The position numbers and the translations under genes are program-made. Positions 38,911 through 51,194 of a stretch of 64,000 nucleotides of DNA are shown piece after piece. The stretch comes from Eledone cirrhosa (taxonomy: Eukaryota), in the NCBI GenBank assembly GCA_964016885.1, contig OZ024763.1, positions 2,790,001-2,854,000 of the forward strand, given 5' to 3'. Each line of letters begins with the position of its first letter. Within the stretch, counting starts at the first letter, position 1. The notes beneath the pieces are model-generated. The model was not told where the DNA came from and searched no databases. It saw only the letters and a list, made by a program, of their open reading frames with translations.

Positions 38911-39762
38911 AGTTCCCATGACTTTCGGAAACATTTTTTTACGCTCAGAGTTGCTGAAGCATGGAACAAACTACCTGCATCAGTTGTTAGCTGTCGAGAC
39001 ACTGCATCCTTTAAAACCTCCATGGAACAACAAACTACCTGCATCGGTTGTTAGCTGTCGAGACACTGCATCCTTTAAAACCTCTATGGAACAAACTACC
39101 TGCATCAGTTGTTAGCTGTCGAGACACTGCATCCTTTAAAACCTCCATGGAACAAACTACCTGCATCGGTTATTAGCTGTCGAGACACTGCATCCTTTAA
39201 AACCTCCATGGAACAACAAACTACCTGCATCAGTTGTTAGCTGTCGAGACACTGCATCCTTTAAAACCTCTATGGAACAAACTACCTGCATCAGTTGTTA
39301 GCTGTCAAGACACTGCATCCTTTAAAACCTCCATGGAACAACAAACTACCTGCATCAGTTGTTAGCTGTCGAGACACTGCATCCTTTAAAACCTCCATGG
39401 AACAAACTACCTGCATCGGTTGTTAGCTGTCGAGACACTGCATCCTTTAAAACCTCCATGGAACAAACTACCTGCATCGGTTGTTAGCTGTCGAGACACT
39501 GCATCCTTTAAAACCTCCCTGGAACAAACTACCTGCATTAGTTGTTAGCTGTCGAGACACTGCATCCTTTAAGGCTTCCATGCTTCCCGAGATCTGCCAA
39601 CATTACACCTAATGTTCCCCCTCCATACACATACACACATGTATACCATGACTCATACACTATTCACTTCCCTGACATTTGTCTATTATTCTATGTACTA
39701 TACATGCACCTTTGACGAGTTGTAGTGCACCTGAGCACTGTACACAATAATTTCATTATTAT
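38911..39762 (+). mobile_element. CR1-like 3' end containing a ~10-copy 61-bp tandem amplification
   Basis: Unit atggaacaaactacctgcatcagttgttagctgtcgagacactgcatcctttaaaacctcc, followed by the normal 3' UTR. Confidence 0.9.
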
Positions 39763-40616
39763 TATATATAAGGAGAGACAGTGAGAGAGGGGAAGTGAGA
39801 AAGAGATATAGAGGAAGAATCAACCCCAGTACTTGACTGGTACTTTTTTATCAACCTCGAAAAATGTGTACATAGACACGAGAGAGATAGATAGATTTCT
39901 TTATTTGCCACAAGGGCGCAATAGAGTTTCTACTTTTGGCCCAAGGCCAGCGATTACCCCAGTGCACCACTGGTACTTTATTTTATCAGTGGGTGAGTGA
40001 AAGACAGTGAGTGTGAGAAAGTGAAAGAGAGACAGAGTGAATGACAATGAGTGAGAGAGAGAGTGTGAGAGTAATACAGTGAGTGAGTGAAAGAGAGACA
40101 GTGATAGAGAAACAGAGAGAGTGAGAGAGCAAGTGTGACAGAGAGAGAGAGACGGGAGAGAGAGAGGGGACAGTGAAAGAGTGTGAGAGTAATACAGTGA
40201 GTGGAAAGAGAGACAGTGATAAAAAAACAGAGAGAGTGAGAGAGAGAGAGAGAAACTGACTGAGGAAGTGAGGTGGCTGGTGAAGTGTTAGGGTGGAGGT
40301 GGTGGAGATGGGGCGGGGTGGGGGTACAGGTGGGGGGGGGGGGAGTTGACAGCTGTCCAAACTGCAACAGGACCAATAACTACAATGTCAAATAAACAAT
40401 GACATATATAAACATAATTGTACTGTGTGTATATATGTGTGTGTATATATATATATGTATATATGTATGTATATCATCATCATCATCACCGTTTTACGTC
40501 CGTTCTTCCACACTAGCATGGGTTAATATATGTATATATGTATGTGTGTATATATATATGTGTGTGTGTTTATATATATATATATATATACAAATATTTA
40601 TATATATATGTGCGTG

Positions 40617-40962
40617 TCATCATCATCATCATTTCATTTTACGTCCACTTTTCCCTGCTTGCAAGGGTGGGACGGGAACTGATTCTGGCTTGATTTCTAC
40701 AGCTGGATGCCCTTCCTAACACCAACCTCATTTACAGTGAGTGCTGGGTGCTTTTATGCCGTGGCACCTCCACGACCACTTTGCAGTGGAATGATAGGGA
40801 CCCCAGTCTCTATCATCTCATTTCTACAGCTGAGTAAACTGGAGCAATGTGAAATAAAGTGTCTTGCTCAAGGAAACAACACATCACCCGGTCTGAGAAT
40901 TGAACTCACAACCTTTCGATTGCAAGGCCAATGCTCTAACCACTAAGCCATGTGCCTCCATG
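40617..40962 (-). mobile_element. tRNA/CORE-like SINE family B, full length
   Basis: A box tggcttagtgg, B box gagttcaattc, CORE-like ccttgagcaagacactt..ctcagctgtagaaatg, RTE-like tail with (TGA)n. Confidence 0.85.
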
Positions 40963-40975
40963 TGTGAATATATGA

Positions 40976-41132
<157 letters not shown>

Positions 41133-41328
41133 AGAGTATTGAAGTTTGCTTGAAGCATTGTGGAATAATAAGGTATATTTCTTTAAGTCGTTTTGGAAGT
41201 CTCTACAATGCAGATGGGTAAATCTCCGGGTAACAAGATCCAGTGGTGGAGAGAGAGATGTGAGTGGGTGTACGTTGAGATGCGTGGCGTGTAGAAGAAT
41301 GTAGGAAAGAGTGTAAAGGATAAAAATA

Positions 41329-41513
41329 ATAACTGTTTCTACTTTAGGCACAAGGCCAGCAATTACCCAGTGCATTACTGGTACTTTATTTTATCGACCC
41401 CGTAAGGATGAAAAGCAAAGTCAACCTCGGCGGGATTTGAACTCAGATCGTAAAGGGATGTAACTATGCTGGAAAGCATGGCGTCCGACCCTCTACCATT
41501 ACTGCCAATCCAC
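41329..41513 (-). mobile_element. SINE A copy
   Basis: Matches family consensus. Confidence 0.85.
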
Positions 41514-41654
41514 CAATAACACAAGATAGTTACCTTGGGAGAGATTTAATTGTCCCTATATATTTCTGATTCACATCCATCAACTGGGGTTTTTTTCCGG
41601 GGAGGGGGTTGTCTGTCGGAATGTATGTATATATATATATATATACTGTATATA

Positions 41655-42062
41655 TCATTATCATCGTTTAACGTCTATCGTCCATGCTAGCATGGGTTAT
41701 ACAGGTTTGTCCCATTTGAGGTAAGTTGGGTCAGGTCACCATGTCTTGATCATGTAGGACTGTCATGTAGGACTGTCTCTGGCTGGTTTTCTTCAGGTGG
41801 ATGTCCTTCCTAATTCCAACCACTTTACAGTGTGGACTGGGTGCTTTTTGTTGTGACACCTACATGACCACTTTACAGCGTGGACTGGGTGCTTTTTGTT
41901 GTGACACCTATACGACCACTTTACAGTGTGGACTGGGTGCTTTTTGTCATGACACCTATACGACCACTTTACAGTGTGCACTGGGTGCTTTTTGTCATGA
42001 CACCTACACAACCACTTTACAGTGTGGACTGGGTGTTTTGTGGTACCAACATAACTTTACAG
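41655..42062 (-). mobile_element. SINE-like family C copy with internal ~39-bp tandem repeats
   Basis: (CAT)n end, ggatgtccttcctaa core and repeated ccactttacagtgtggactgggtgctttttg. Relatives at 37095, 45908, 52817 and 61110. Confidence 0.7.
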
Positions 42063-42351
42063 AGTATATGCTGTATATAAGCTGAGAATGGGAAAGAAAA
42101 TCCAAACTTTACTTACAAAAAATTCAAAGTTGGGTAAAAATGATCAAAATATTGACCCCGAAATATAAATCTTCAACGCCCCATACTTACCCTTCTACAA
42201 TTAATTTTTTTTTAGGGTATCACATATTACTCAGCTTATATTTAAGTATATACAATATATAGGATATCAGACATATACACCATAAACACGTGTAGTAGCG
42301 TAGTACTAAAGATATACAACTGGGTGTATATGTGTGTATATATATATATAA

Positions 42352-42540
42352 CGAAGGCAGTGTGGTAGGGAACCAGGTGGACCATAACACACCAGAGTAC
42401 TCAATACTTAGGGAAATAGAGTGGGTAATAGGAAAAGAGTCAGGACCCCTATGGCTGAGCTCCAGCCGGTTCGACAGCTAGGTCTGAACTAGCTGTCGAA
42501 ATGGCCGGAGCTCAGCCGTCGGGGACCTGACTCTTTTCCT
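42352..42540 (+). mobile_element. Family D element with ~110-nt terminal hairpin
   Basis: aggaaaagagtcagg..ggctgagctcc..ttcgacagctag / ctagctgtcgaa..ggagctcagcc..cctgactcttttcct. Confidence 0.8.
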
Positions 42541-42556
42541 TTATATATATATATAT

Positions 42557-42990
42557 ATCATCATCATCATACGTCCGCTTTTCCCTGCTTGCAAGGGTGG
42601 GATGGGTCCTATTCAACACAGCATCTCTCCACTTGTCACGGTCCTTCGTCATCACCTCCGTGGGTTTCAGCGATCTGAGGTCAGCTCTCACCACTCCCGC
42701 CCATGATTTTCGTGGTCTTCCTCTACTGCATCATCGATCCACTGGGATTACTTGGCACTTCTTTATCCAGCGGTCATCCTCCATACGCATCACATGTCCA
42801 TGCCATCTCAGTCTTCTCTCCCGCACACCACAACTTATCCCTCTTATACCCAGTTTCTTTCTCAACTCATCTATGCTTGGTCGTTGACATTGACATTGCA
42901 CATCCAACGGAGCATGCTTGCTTCATTTCTTTCCAGCTGTCGCATATCCTTTGCAGTTGCTGCCCATGTCTCACTACCATGCAGCATCGC
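42557..42990 (-). mobile_element. RTE-clade LINE 3' end
   Basis: Minus translation LHGSETWA...EASMLRWMC...RERRLRWHGHVMRM...RGRPRKSW...DRDKWR, ending in a (TGA)n tail. Confidence 0.85.
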
Positions 42991-43278
42991 GCATCTCACA
43001 TAGGGATCATATAACTGGCGTTTCGTGCATGGGTATAGAATTATGTCTGTTTTCCAGCAGATGTAAATACAATTGTGTAATGATATTATGTAATACAGTA
43101 ATATTTATTTATATAACTCATGTAATACAGTAATATTTATTTATATAACTCAGGCTACAGATGTTCCAATATCAACCAGATTCTGTTACACCCATATCAG
43201 AGAATCTTAAATATTTTGGAAATATAATTTTTTCAGCAGTTTGAAAGTAAATATACACATACATACATACAATAACAT

Positions 43279-43313
<35 letters not shown>

Positions 43314-43717
43314 AATATAGACAGACATATACATGAAGGCGCGCACACATACATACATACACATGGATGCATGCATGCATACACATGCATACATACACAT
43401 GCATACACATATACAGACGTACACACACACAAACATACATACACACACACACACATGCATGCACACACACATACACATGCATGCACTCACATACAAGAAT
43501 GCACTCAGCCACACATGCCCACACACACATATGCATGCACACACACCCATGCAGGTGCACATGCCCACACACTCACACATACATACATACACATACACAC
43601 AGTGAAATACACTGCCTTAATTGTAAAAGGTATAAATGTGTGTCTGTGTGTGTGTCTAGCTATCTACCTATCAATTTAACTCTCTCCCTACATATGTGTG
43701 TATGTTTGTGTGCACAT

Positions 43718-43748
<31 letters not shown>

Positions 43749-43946
43749 AATTTCAAAAACCTCGAAGATTTAAGTTTGATAAAGCCTTGAATATTCGGTG
43801 TTTTTGAAATTAATATATGATATCTCTGTGTGAACCCCATGATATCTCTGTGTGAACCCCACTGTTTTTCAATACTCCAGTTAATATTATTGATACTACT
43901 ATTATATGTGAATATGTATATGTGTATACATTATATATATATATAT

Positions 43947-44142
43947 GGAGGCGGTGGATTGGCAGTATCGGTAGAGGGTTGGACGCCATGCTTTGCAGCA
44001 TGGAGTTACGGGCCTTTACGATCTGAGTTCAAATCCCGCCGAGGTTAACTTTGCCTTTCATCCTTACGGGGGTCGATAAAATAAAGTACCAGTAATGCAC
44101 TGGGATAATTGCTGGCCTTGTGCCAAAAGTAGAAACAATTAT
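43947..44142 (+). mobile_element. SINE A copy
   Basis: Matches family consensus. Confidence 0.85.
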
Positions 44143-44159
44143 ATATATATATATATATA

Positions 44160-44550
44160 CATGGAGGCACATGGCTTAGTGGTTAGAGCATTGGCCTTGC
44201 AATTGAAAAGTTGTGAGTTCAATTCTCAGACCGGGTGATGTGTTGTTTCCTTGAGCAAGACACTTTATTTCACATTGCTCCAGTTTACTCAGCTGTAGAA
44301 ATGAGATGATAGGGACTGGGATCCCTATCATTCCACTGCAAAGTGGTTGTGTAGGTGCCACGGCAAAAAAGCACCCAGCCCTCACTGTAAAATGGACATG
44401 TAAGCGCCATGGGAAAAAAGCACCCAGCACTCACTGTAAATGAGGTTGGTGTTAGGAAGGGCATCCAGCTGTAGAAATCAAGCCAGAATCAGTTCCCGTC
44501 CCACCCTTGCAAGCAGGGAAAAGCGGACGTAAAATGATGATGATGATGAT
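44160..44550 (+). mobile_element. SINE B copy
   Basis: Matches 40617-40962, with a ~40-bp internal duplication. Confidence 0.85.
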
Positions 44551-44666
44551 ATATATATCTGTGTGTGTGTGTGTATGTAAAAGATAAAATGAAATAACAA
44601 CACAACAATCAGTACAGTATATGGAAGGAATATATTAGGTTAACGCTTGATATAGCAGGAAGAGGG

Positions 44667-44702
44667 TCTTAACGTTTCAGACGCTAGTCCTTCATCGGAA
44701 GA
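44667..44702 (-). ncRNA. Hammerhead motif H2 with mutated core (CCGATGA)
   Basis: Reverse complement tctt CCGATGA a ggac tagc gtct GAAA cgtt aaga. Confidence 0.5.
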
Positions 44703-45621
44703 AAGAATGGCAAATAAGATAGATTGAAGGGACGGATGGGGTGATCATCATTGTTTAACGTCCATCTTCCACACTAGCATGGGTTGGACGGTTTTGTCCC
44801 ACGTGAGGCAAGATTGGTCGGGAAACCGTGTTTCACTCATATAGAACTACAATTTGGGGGGGGGGGGGGGAAAGAGAAAATTGATTAATCGACCCTGTAA
44901 GGATTTGAACTCAGAACGTAAAGGGTCATAACTCTATGCTTGCGAAGCATGGTGTCCGACGATCTATCGATACTCGGTCAACATGCTTCACGGCATATAA
45001 TAATAATTGTTTCTACGTTTAGGCACAAGGCCAGCAATTACCCAGTACATTACTGGTACTTTATTTTATCGACCCCGTAAGGATGAAAGGCAAAGTTAAC
45101 CTCGGCGGGATTTGAACTCAGATAATAATTTGAACGGCATATAATAATAATGATGAGAATTATTGTGTACAGTGCTCAGGTGCACTACAATTATAAAATC
45201 ACATTTGAGCTTTGAATTAGATGACAAAGATGTTTGTGTATTAAAATTATGAGAAACAATTATCACACTACATCCACCATAAACTCATAATTTTAATACA
45301 CAAACATCTTTGTCTGCTTGATATGCTTGTAACCATGTGTTATTTTATGTGATACCATTGTTTGTTTCCTATCTAACTGTCCTGTATATGCCTAACACAT
45401 TTGCACTCTCTATACGCTTGCATATGTACTGCTAATGTCCTCGTTTTACGAATAACTTTCCGCCTTAATGCCTCTTTAATTATTATACAATTCCCTTGTA
45501 ATCTCTGTCACATCCATTCCACTCTGTAAATATGACACTGTTGATGACAACATAAATATCCATGTATCTATATGATTGTTCAGTTGAATAGGAAGTTAAT
45601 TATATGTCCAAACTTTGCTAC

Positions 45622-45668
45622 TGCTCCGATGATTCCAAACGAAAGTTTGGAAGAAACGATTGTCAGCA
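45622..45668 (+). ncRNA. Type I hammerhead motif (family H4), U4C core variant
   Basis: tgct CCGATGA ttccaaac gaaa gtttggaa GAAAC gatt GTC agca: perfect 8-bp helix II with GAAA tetraloop and a GUC site. Confidence 0.7.
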
Positions 45669-45907
45669 ATAAAATGTTTTGAACATAGTTTTGATTATTG
45701 TGTAATTTATATATATATATATCTATATAATAAATAAGGGAGACAAATAAAACCATCCCTCTTATTTATTATACTAAAACTCTGGTTGATACCTTACTGA
45801 GAAAATCCTAAGGAATACAAATCATTGAGTGCTTTATGTCTGTTTGTGAAAAAGTTGGTAGATTATTTGATCAATCAACTCTCATCAACTGAATAATATA
45901 TGTGAGT

Positions 45908-46322
45908 ACATCATCATCATCATCATCAAGGTTTAGCGTCCGTGTTCCACGCTTGCATGGGTTTGGACGGGGGTTTTCCCACTTGAGGCAAGAGTGGTTG
46001 TCTTGCTCGCATAGGACTGTCTGGCGGGTTTTCTACAGCTGGATGTCCTTCCTAACACCAACCACATTTACAGTGTGGGGCTGGGAGGTTTTTACCGTGT
46101 TGCCTACACGGCCACATTACAGCGTGGACTGTCTGGCGGGTTTTCTACAGCTGGATGCCCTTCCTAACACCAACCACATTTACAGTGTGGGGCTGGGAGG
46201 TTTTTACCGTGTTGCCTACACGGCCACATTTACAGCGTGGACTGTGTGTTTTTTCGTTGTGACACCTACACGATCTCATTTGTTTCGGCCTGGATGTTGT
46301 GGCACCAACATAACTTTACATT
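45908..46322 (-). mobile_element. SINE-like family C copy with ~110-bp internal duplication
   Basis: Reverse complement of 61110-61410. Confidence 0.75.
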
Positions 46323-46546
46323 GAAAGGGGCGGTGTGGATGGGGTGGGGGGGGTGGGGGGGTGGGGGGGGGGGGGTGATAGAGATGCCTACTGACTGTAG
46401 TAGGTTTTACATACATATATATATATATGAAAACTTCAGGACCCTAATAGCTGAGCTCCAGCCATTTCAACAGCTAGATCCAAACACTACCGCAAGTATT
46501 GAGTACTCTGGCGAGTAATGGTCTAACTGGTTTTTACTGCCTCCAT

Positions 46547-46624
<78 letters not shown>

Positions 46625-46842
46625 TACAGCAGAAGTCTGACAAACTTTTGATTCCAGATCGATACAGATCCAACCTTGAGCTGATCAATAGTGAAACATG
46701 TGTCACCAATCAATGAACGTAATGAAGGAGTAACAAATCCTCCTTGTATTATATATATATATATATGTGTGAATATATGTGAAGTAATTCCGTCGGAAAG
46801 GTCCAGGAAAAAAGAGTGCTCTATGTAGGTTACAGAGCTTAA

Positions 46843-47093
46843 TAGTTATGTAATAAACAACACAAGGCAATTATTTCATTTACCAGTGGTTTCTTAAAAG
46901 CAAACAAATTTTGCTTTCAATCCTTCTTCCTTTTCCAGCCTCACTTTCATATAGATTATATTTTTGTTTTTAAAATCCAATGTCAATAAATACACCAGGA
47001 TTTTTTCATTCTGATGATTGAAAGCAAAATTTGTTTGCTTTTAAGAAACCACTGGTAAATGAAATACTTGCCTTATGTTGTTTATTACATAAC

Positions 47094-47095
<2 letters not shown>
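46843..47095. mobile_element. MITE with ~78-bp TIRs and TA ends
   Basis: tagttatgtaataaacaaca..gctttcaatc / gattgaaagc..tgttgtttattacataacta. Half copy at 38501-38630. Confidence 0.85.
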
Positions 47096-47124
<29 letters not shown>

Positions 47125-47385
47125 TTATATGCACACATACATATATATACACGTATATATATATATACACATATACATAGATACCTATACACCTATCACT
47201 AACCAACAAAACACTTCTCACTACTTGTTCTGATTAATTTTGGGGGGAAAGGTGATGGTGGTGGAGGAGGATGCAATGGAGGGGGGGGGGGGCTCTTTTT
47301 AAAGATGAAATATTCTATTTAAAATCAATAGCTAAATGTAATATTTTGGTAACCACAGTAGCGCCAATTGAATTACAAAGCAAAC

Positions 47386-47416
47386 CTATTGAGCTGCTTC
47401 TTCTCCAAGAACTCTT
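47386..47416 (-). CDS. Candidate 31-nt exon (KSSWRRSSSI, or EEFLEKKQLN in the other frame)
   Basis: Minus attgtattacAG | aagagttcttggagaagaagcagctcaatag | GTttgc, in a unique-sequence island. Confidence 0.4.
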
Positions 47417-49120
47417 CTGTAATACAATTACAGCCGAGATATTTCATTCAATGTGTGTCTGTCACATTTGCAGAGAATGAAAGATACTGTGTTGTGTTTA
47501 GTGCATATTAACCCAGTTTATGCCAAAATCACTTGGAACCATCTCTGTCTTTTGCCTTTCATCCTTACGGGGTCGATAAAATAAAGTACCAGTAATACAC
47601 TGGGCAATTGCTGGCCTTGTGCCAAAAGTAGAAACAATTATTATTATTATTATTATTATTTTGTTATATTTATGCATAGTTTATTTTATATTTGTATATC
47701 TTCATTGTTAAATTAGTCTTGCCATTCTGCACTTTTACTCGACCTTATTGTAAACCCCCCACTGTCCCTGTCTTTGTATTGTCCCCTACATGTCGGCCCT
47801 TGTAGCCAATAAATGAAATCATTATTATTATTATTATTATTATTGGCGGTGGATTGGCAGTATCGGTAGAGAGTCGGACGCCATACTTTCCAGCATAGTT
47901 ACATCCCTTTACGGTCTGAGTTCACTTTGCCTTTCATCCTTACGGGGTTGATAAAATAAAGTACCAGTAATGCACTGGGTAATTGCTGGCCTTGTGCCAA
48001 AAGTAGAAACAATTATTATTATTATACAAAGCTGTTTATTTCGAGGTGTTTTATATTTATCTACAAACCTTTCATCATAATTTTCCTGTAATAATTTAGC
48101 AGAAAATATATATATAAATATATATATATAAAAATATATATATATATAAATCTAGTGATTTCGATGACGTTTACAATTTGCACAACAAATTCATTTGGAG
48201 TATAAGCATAGGAGTAATTGTAATACAACATTCTCAGCCAGAAGGCTAAAGCCATGAAAACACTGCAATTATTATATCAACAGAGTAACATATGAAAACA
48301 TTAAAATACTCACAAATTCATCAATTGTAACAGCCAGTATCCTCCTAGTTTAGCACACAAAAATCCACCAGAGTACAAAAGTCCACATCTAAGCTGATAC
48401 TGTTTGAAATTCCATGGAGAATATAAAAACCTGTTTGTTAATTCAAATATTTGTAGTATCCTTACTAGTTGTCGTATTATTGTGAAAATGAAACCATCCT
48501 GTTTTTGTTATTATTTTTATTATTATAAAAAAAGCTGTTTATTTCAAGGTGTCGAATTGTCAGAGTCGTTAGAATGCTTTGTGGTGTTTGTTCCACCTCT
48601 CTGCTCTTTCTGAGTTCAAATTCTGCCAAGGTCAACTTTGCCTTTCGCGATTTTGAGGTTACCTTTGCCTTCCATCCTTATGGGGATCTCAATTTTAAAA
48701 AAATATCAAAGTATCAGTCAAGTACTAGAGTCAATTTAATCGGCTTTCCCTTCTTAAAATTGCTGAGTCTCTGCTAAGTTCTGTCTCTCTGCTCTCTGAG
48801 TTCAAATCCCGCCGAGGTCAACTTTACCATTCATCCTTTCGAGGTCAATAAAGAAAAAAAAGTACCAGTCTAGTACTGGGGTCGATTCATCCTCTATATC
48901 TCTTTCTCACTTCCTCTCTATCACTCTCTTTCCTTACTCTGGAAGAAATCGGCTATGCTCAGACCTAGAGAAAGAGGATGGCCTCTGCCAAGCTTAAAGT
49001 GCCCGAGAAACACCACATTTCACTAGGACTCCAACAGGAGTTACAGGATCATACCATATTTATCTTAAAACCTCTCATCATAATTTTCCTGTAATGATTT
49101 AACAGAAAATATTTAATATA

Positions 49121-49223
49121 TACAGGGTGTCCCTGAAAAAGGTATACACACTTTGATGACCTGTATAGGCAATATTTATTTGAATGCTGTCGAAGTGTGT
49201 ATACATTTTTGGGACACCCTGTA
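49121..49223. mobile_element. Tiny Tc1-type MITE
   Basis: TA-cagggtgtccc ... gggacaccctg-TA. Confidence 0.75.
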
Positions 49224-50236
49224 TATATAAACAAACGTGTTTGTTAATTCAAATGTTTGTAGTATCCTTACTAGTTAACAGATCATTGTGAATATTTACA
49301 GTATTACAGTAAAGACTAAGTTTTAATGTGATGCAGTCATAGTACTACTGTTATGTACTTTTCAAGAATGTCTTGTTGATGTGGTTTCATGCAGTGTAAG
49401 AGAAATGGAAGGGAACAACATGTACTCAATACATTAGTAGAAGAGATGTGGAAATTACTTCTACAGGACCAGAACTGTTTCATTTATATGAACTCATCCT
49501 GATGATTTCAAATGAATGAAATAGTTCTAGTCCTGTAGAAGACATTTATATATATATATATATATATTTATATATGTAGGAGGTGAGTTTTATTCCACCC
49601 TATCACTGGCCATAAAATTTACTATTACCCTTTTAAATACTTTATAATATCACCTTGAAAAATCCTTTGTAAACATAAACATTTTTTTTTACGTTAGATT
49701 ATTCATCCTCAATTCATTATTTTTTTCTCCCTTTCATACTCATCTAACTTCTACATATTACACATATTCATCCACTCTTCTACTTCTTTTCACAATATAT
49801 CCTTAATTACATTACTATTTTTATATTTTTTTAATAATACATATCAACAATTTCTTTCCATCGCACATATTATTAAACCCTTCAATATACAAACCTTAAT
49901 TTAACATTATTCTTAAATTTTTCTCTTCGTTAATTTTCAAATTCTTTTAATTTATATATTATCTTCCAATGGTTTTTTAACCTCTCTGTAAAACAATATA
50001 TTTTTCTCAGTTATAAAAGCTATCTCTCTCTCTCTATCACCCATCTCTCCTCCTATCTCATCCTTCCTTATTATACTCCTCCCCCTCCATTCTTTACTCT
50101 TATCTCCTCCTCTTTTTCATCCTTTCCAATCCCCCCCCCCTCCATTTATCACACATCAATCTAAAACTACTTTTCATATGTTGATTTAAAACTGCACTAT
50201 TCACAAGTGTTTTTTAACCTTCATATCATGTCTCCC

Positions 50237-50307
50237 TATTTTATCTGACGAAAACGCAAATGTCATCGCATGATGATATTTGTTTTTGAAATGTGCATAA
50301 TAAAATA
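50237..50307 (+). ncRNA. Type I hammerhead motif (H1)
   Basis: tattttat CTGACGA aaacgcaaatgtcatc gcat gatgatatttgttttt GAAA tgtgcata ataaaata. Confidence 0.7.
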
Positions 50308-50405
50308 CAAGGAACTCTTTTAACCATCTTTTGATCTTATATATTATATTTATATATATATATATATATACACGCACATACATATATATACATACATACA
50401 CACAC

Positions 50406-50450
<45 letters not shown>

Positions 50451-50452
50451 TT

Positions 50453-50490
<38 letters not shown>

Positions 50491-50839
50491 TCAGGACCCT
50501 GATGGCTGAGCTTTTACCGTGTCAACAGCTAGTTCCAGAGTGAAACCAACTGTTGATACGGGGTCCTGACTCATTCATATTACCCAATCTACTACCCCAA
50601 GTATTGAGTACTCTGGTGAGTAATGGTCTAGCTAGTTTCTAACTGAATCCATCTTGATATATATATATATATATATATATAACATATATATATATAAAAC
50701 ACGCAGCAACCAATGAAGGGAACTCAAACCTTAATTTGCATCTGGGCAGTGACACCTGCGAATCTAACGAGATATTTTCATAATCTTATTTCAAGCTTTA
50801 ACATCAAAAGATTCTATCTCTATTTCTAGACATTCTATA

Positions 50840-51194
50840 TACAAAGGTCAGCTGAAATGTTCATAGGCTGACCAAGATACTCTCATGGAATGACCAAATG
50901 ACGTTTATTTTTCAACATAATCCCTGGAAAACAATACAGTTATTAATAAGAAGAGTTGAAATTAATGCATGTAAGATTTCACAACTCTAGCATCACTCCT
51001 TCATAGTTAGCAAAGTTCATAGGCTGACCAAGATACTCTCATGGAATAAGCAAATGAGGTTTATTTGTCAACATAGTCCATGGAAAGGAATAATAGAGTT
51101 ATTAATAAGAGTTGAAATTAATGCATGCAAGATTTCACAGCTCTAGCATCACTCCTTCATAGTCAGCCTATGAACTTTTCAGCCTACTCTCGTA
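50840..51194. mobile_element. Mariner-type MITE with internal duplication
   Basis: Same family as 2821-3026, TA ends. Confidence 0.75.

Noticed and set aside
41533-41554. Additional 22-nt minus-strand microexon (donor GTAACT)
   Set aside because: Acceptor lacks a pyrimidine tract and inclusion shifts the frame, so it is too weak to call.
44160-44235. tRNA gene
   Set aside because: A and B boxes are present but continue into a SINE body, with no complete cloverleaf.
48061-48255. 64-aa minus-strand ORF as an exon
   Set aside because: No convincing donor, runs into (TA)n, and no recognisable homology.
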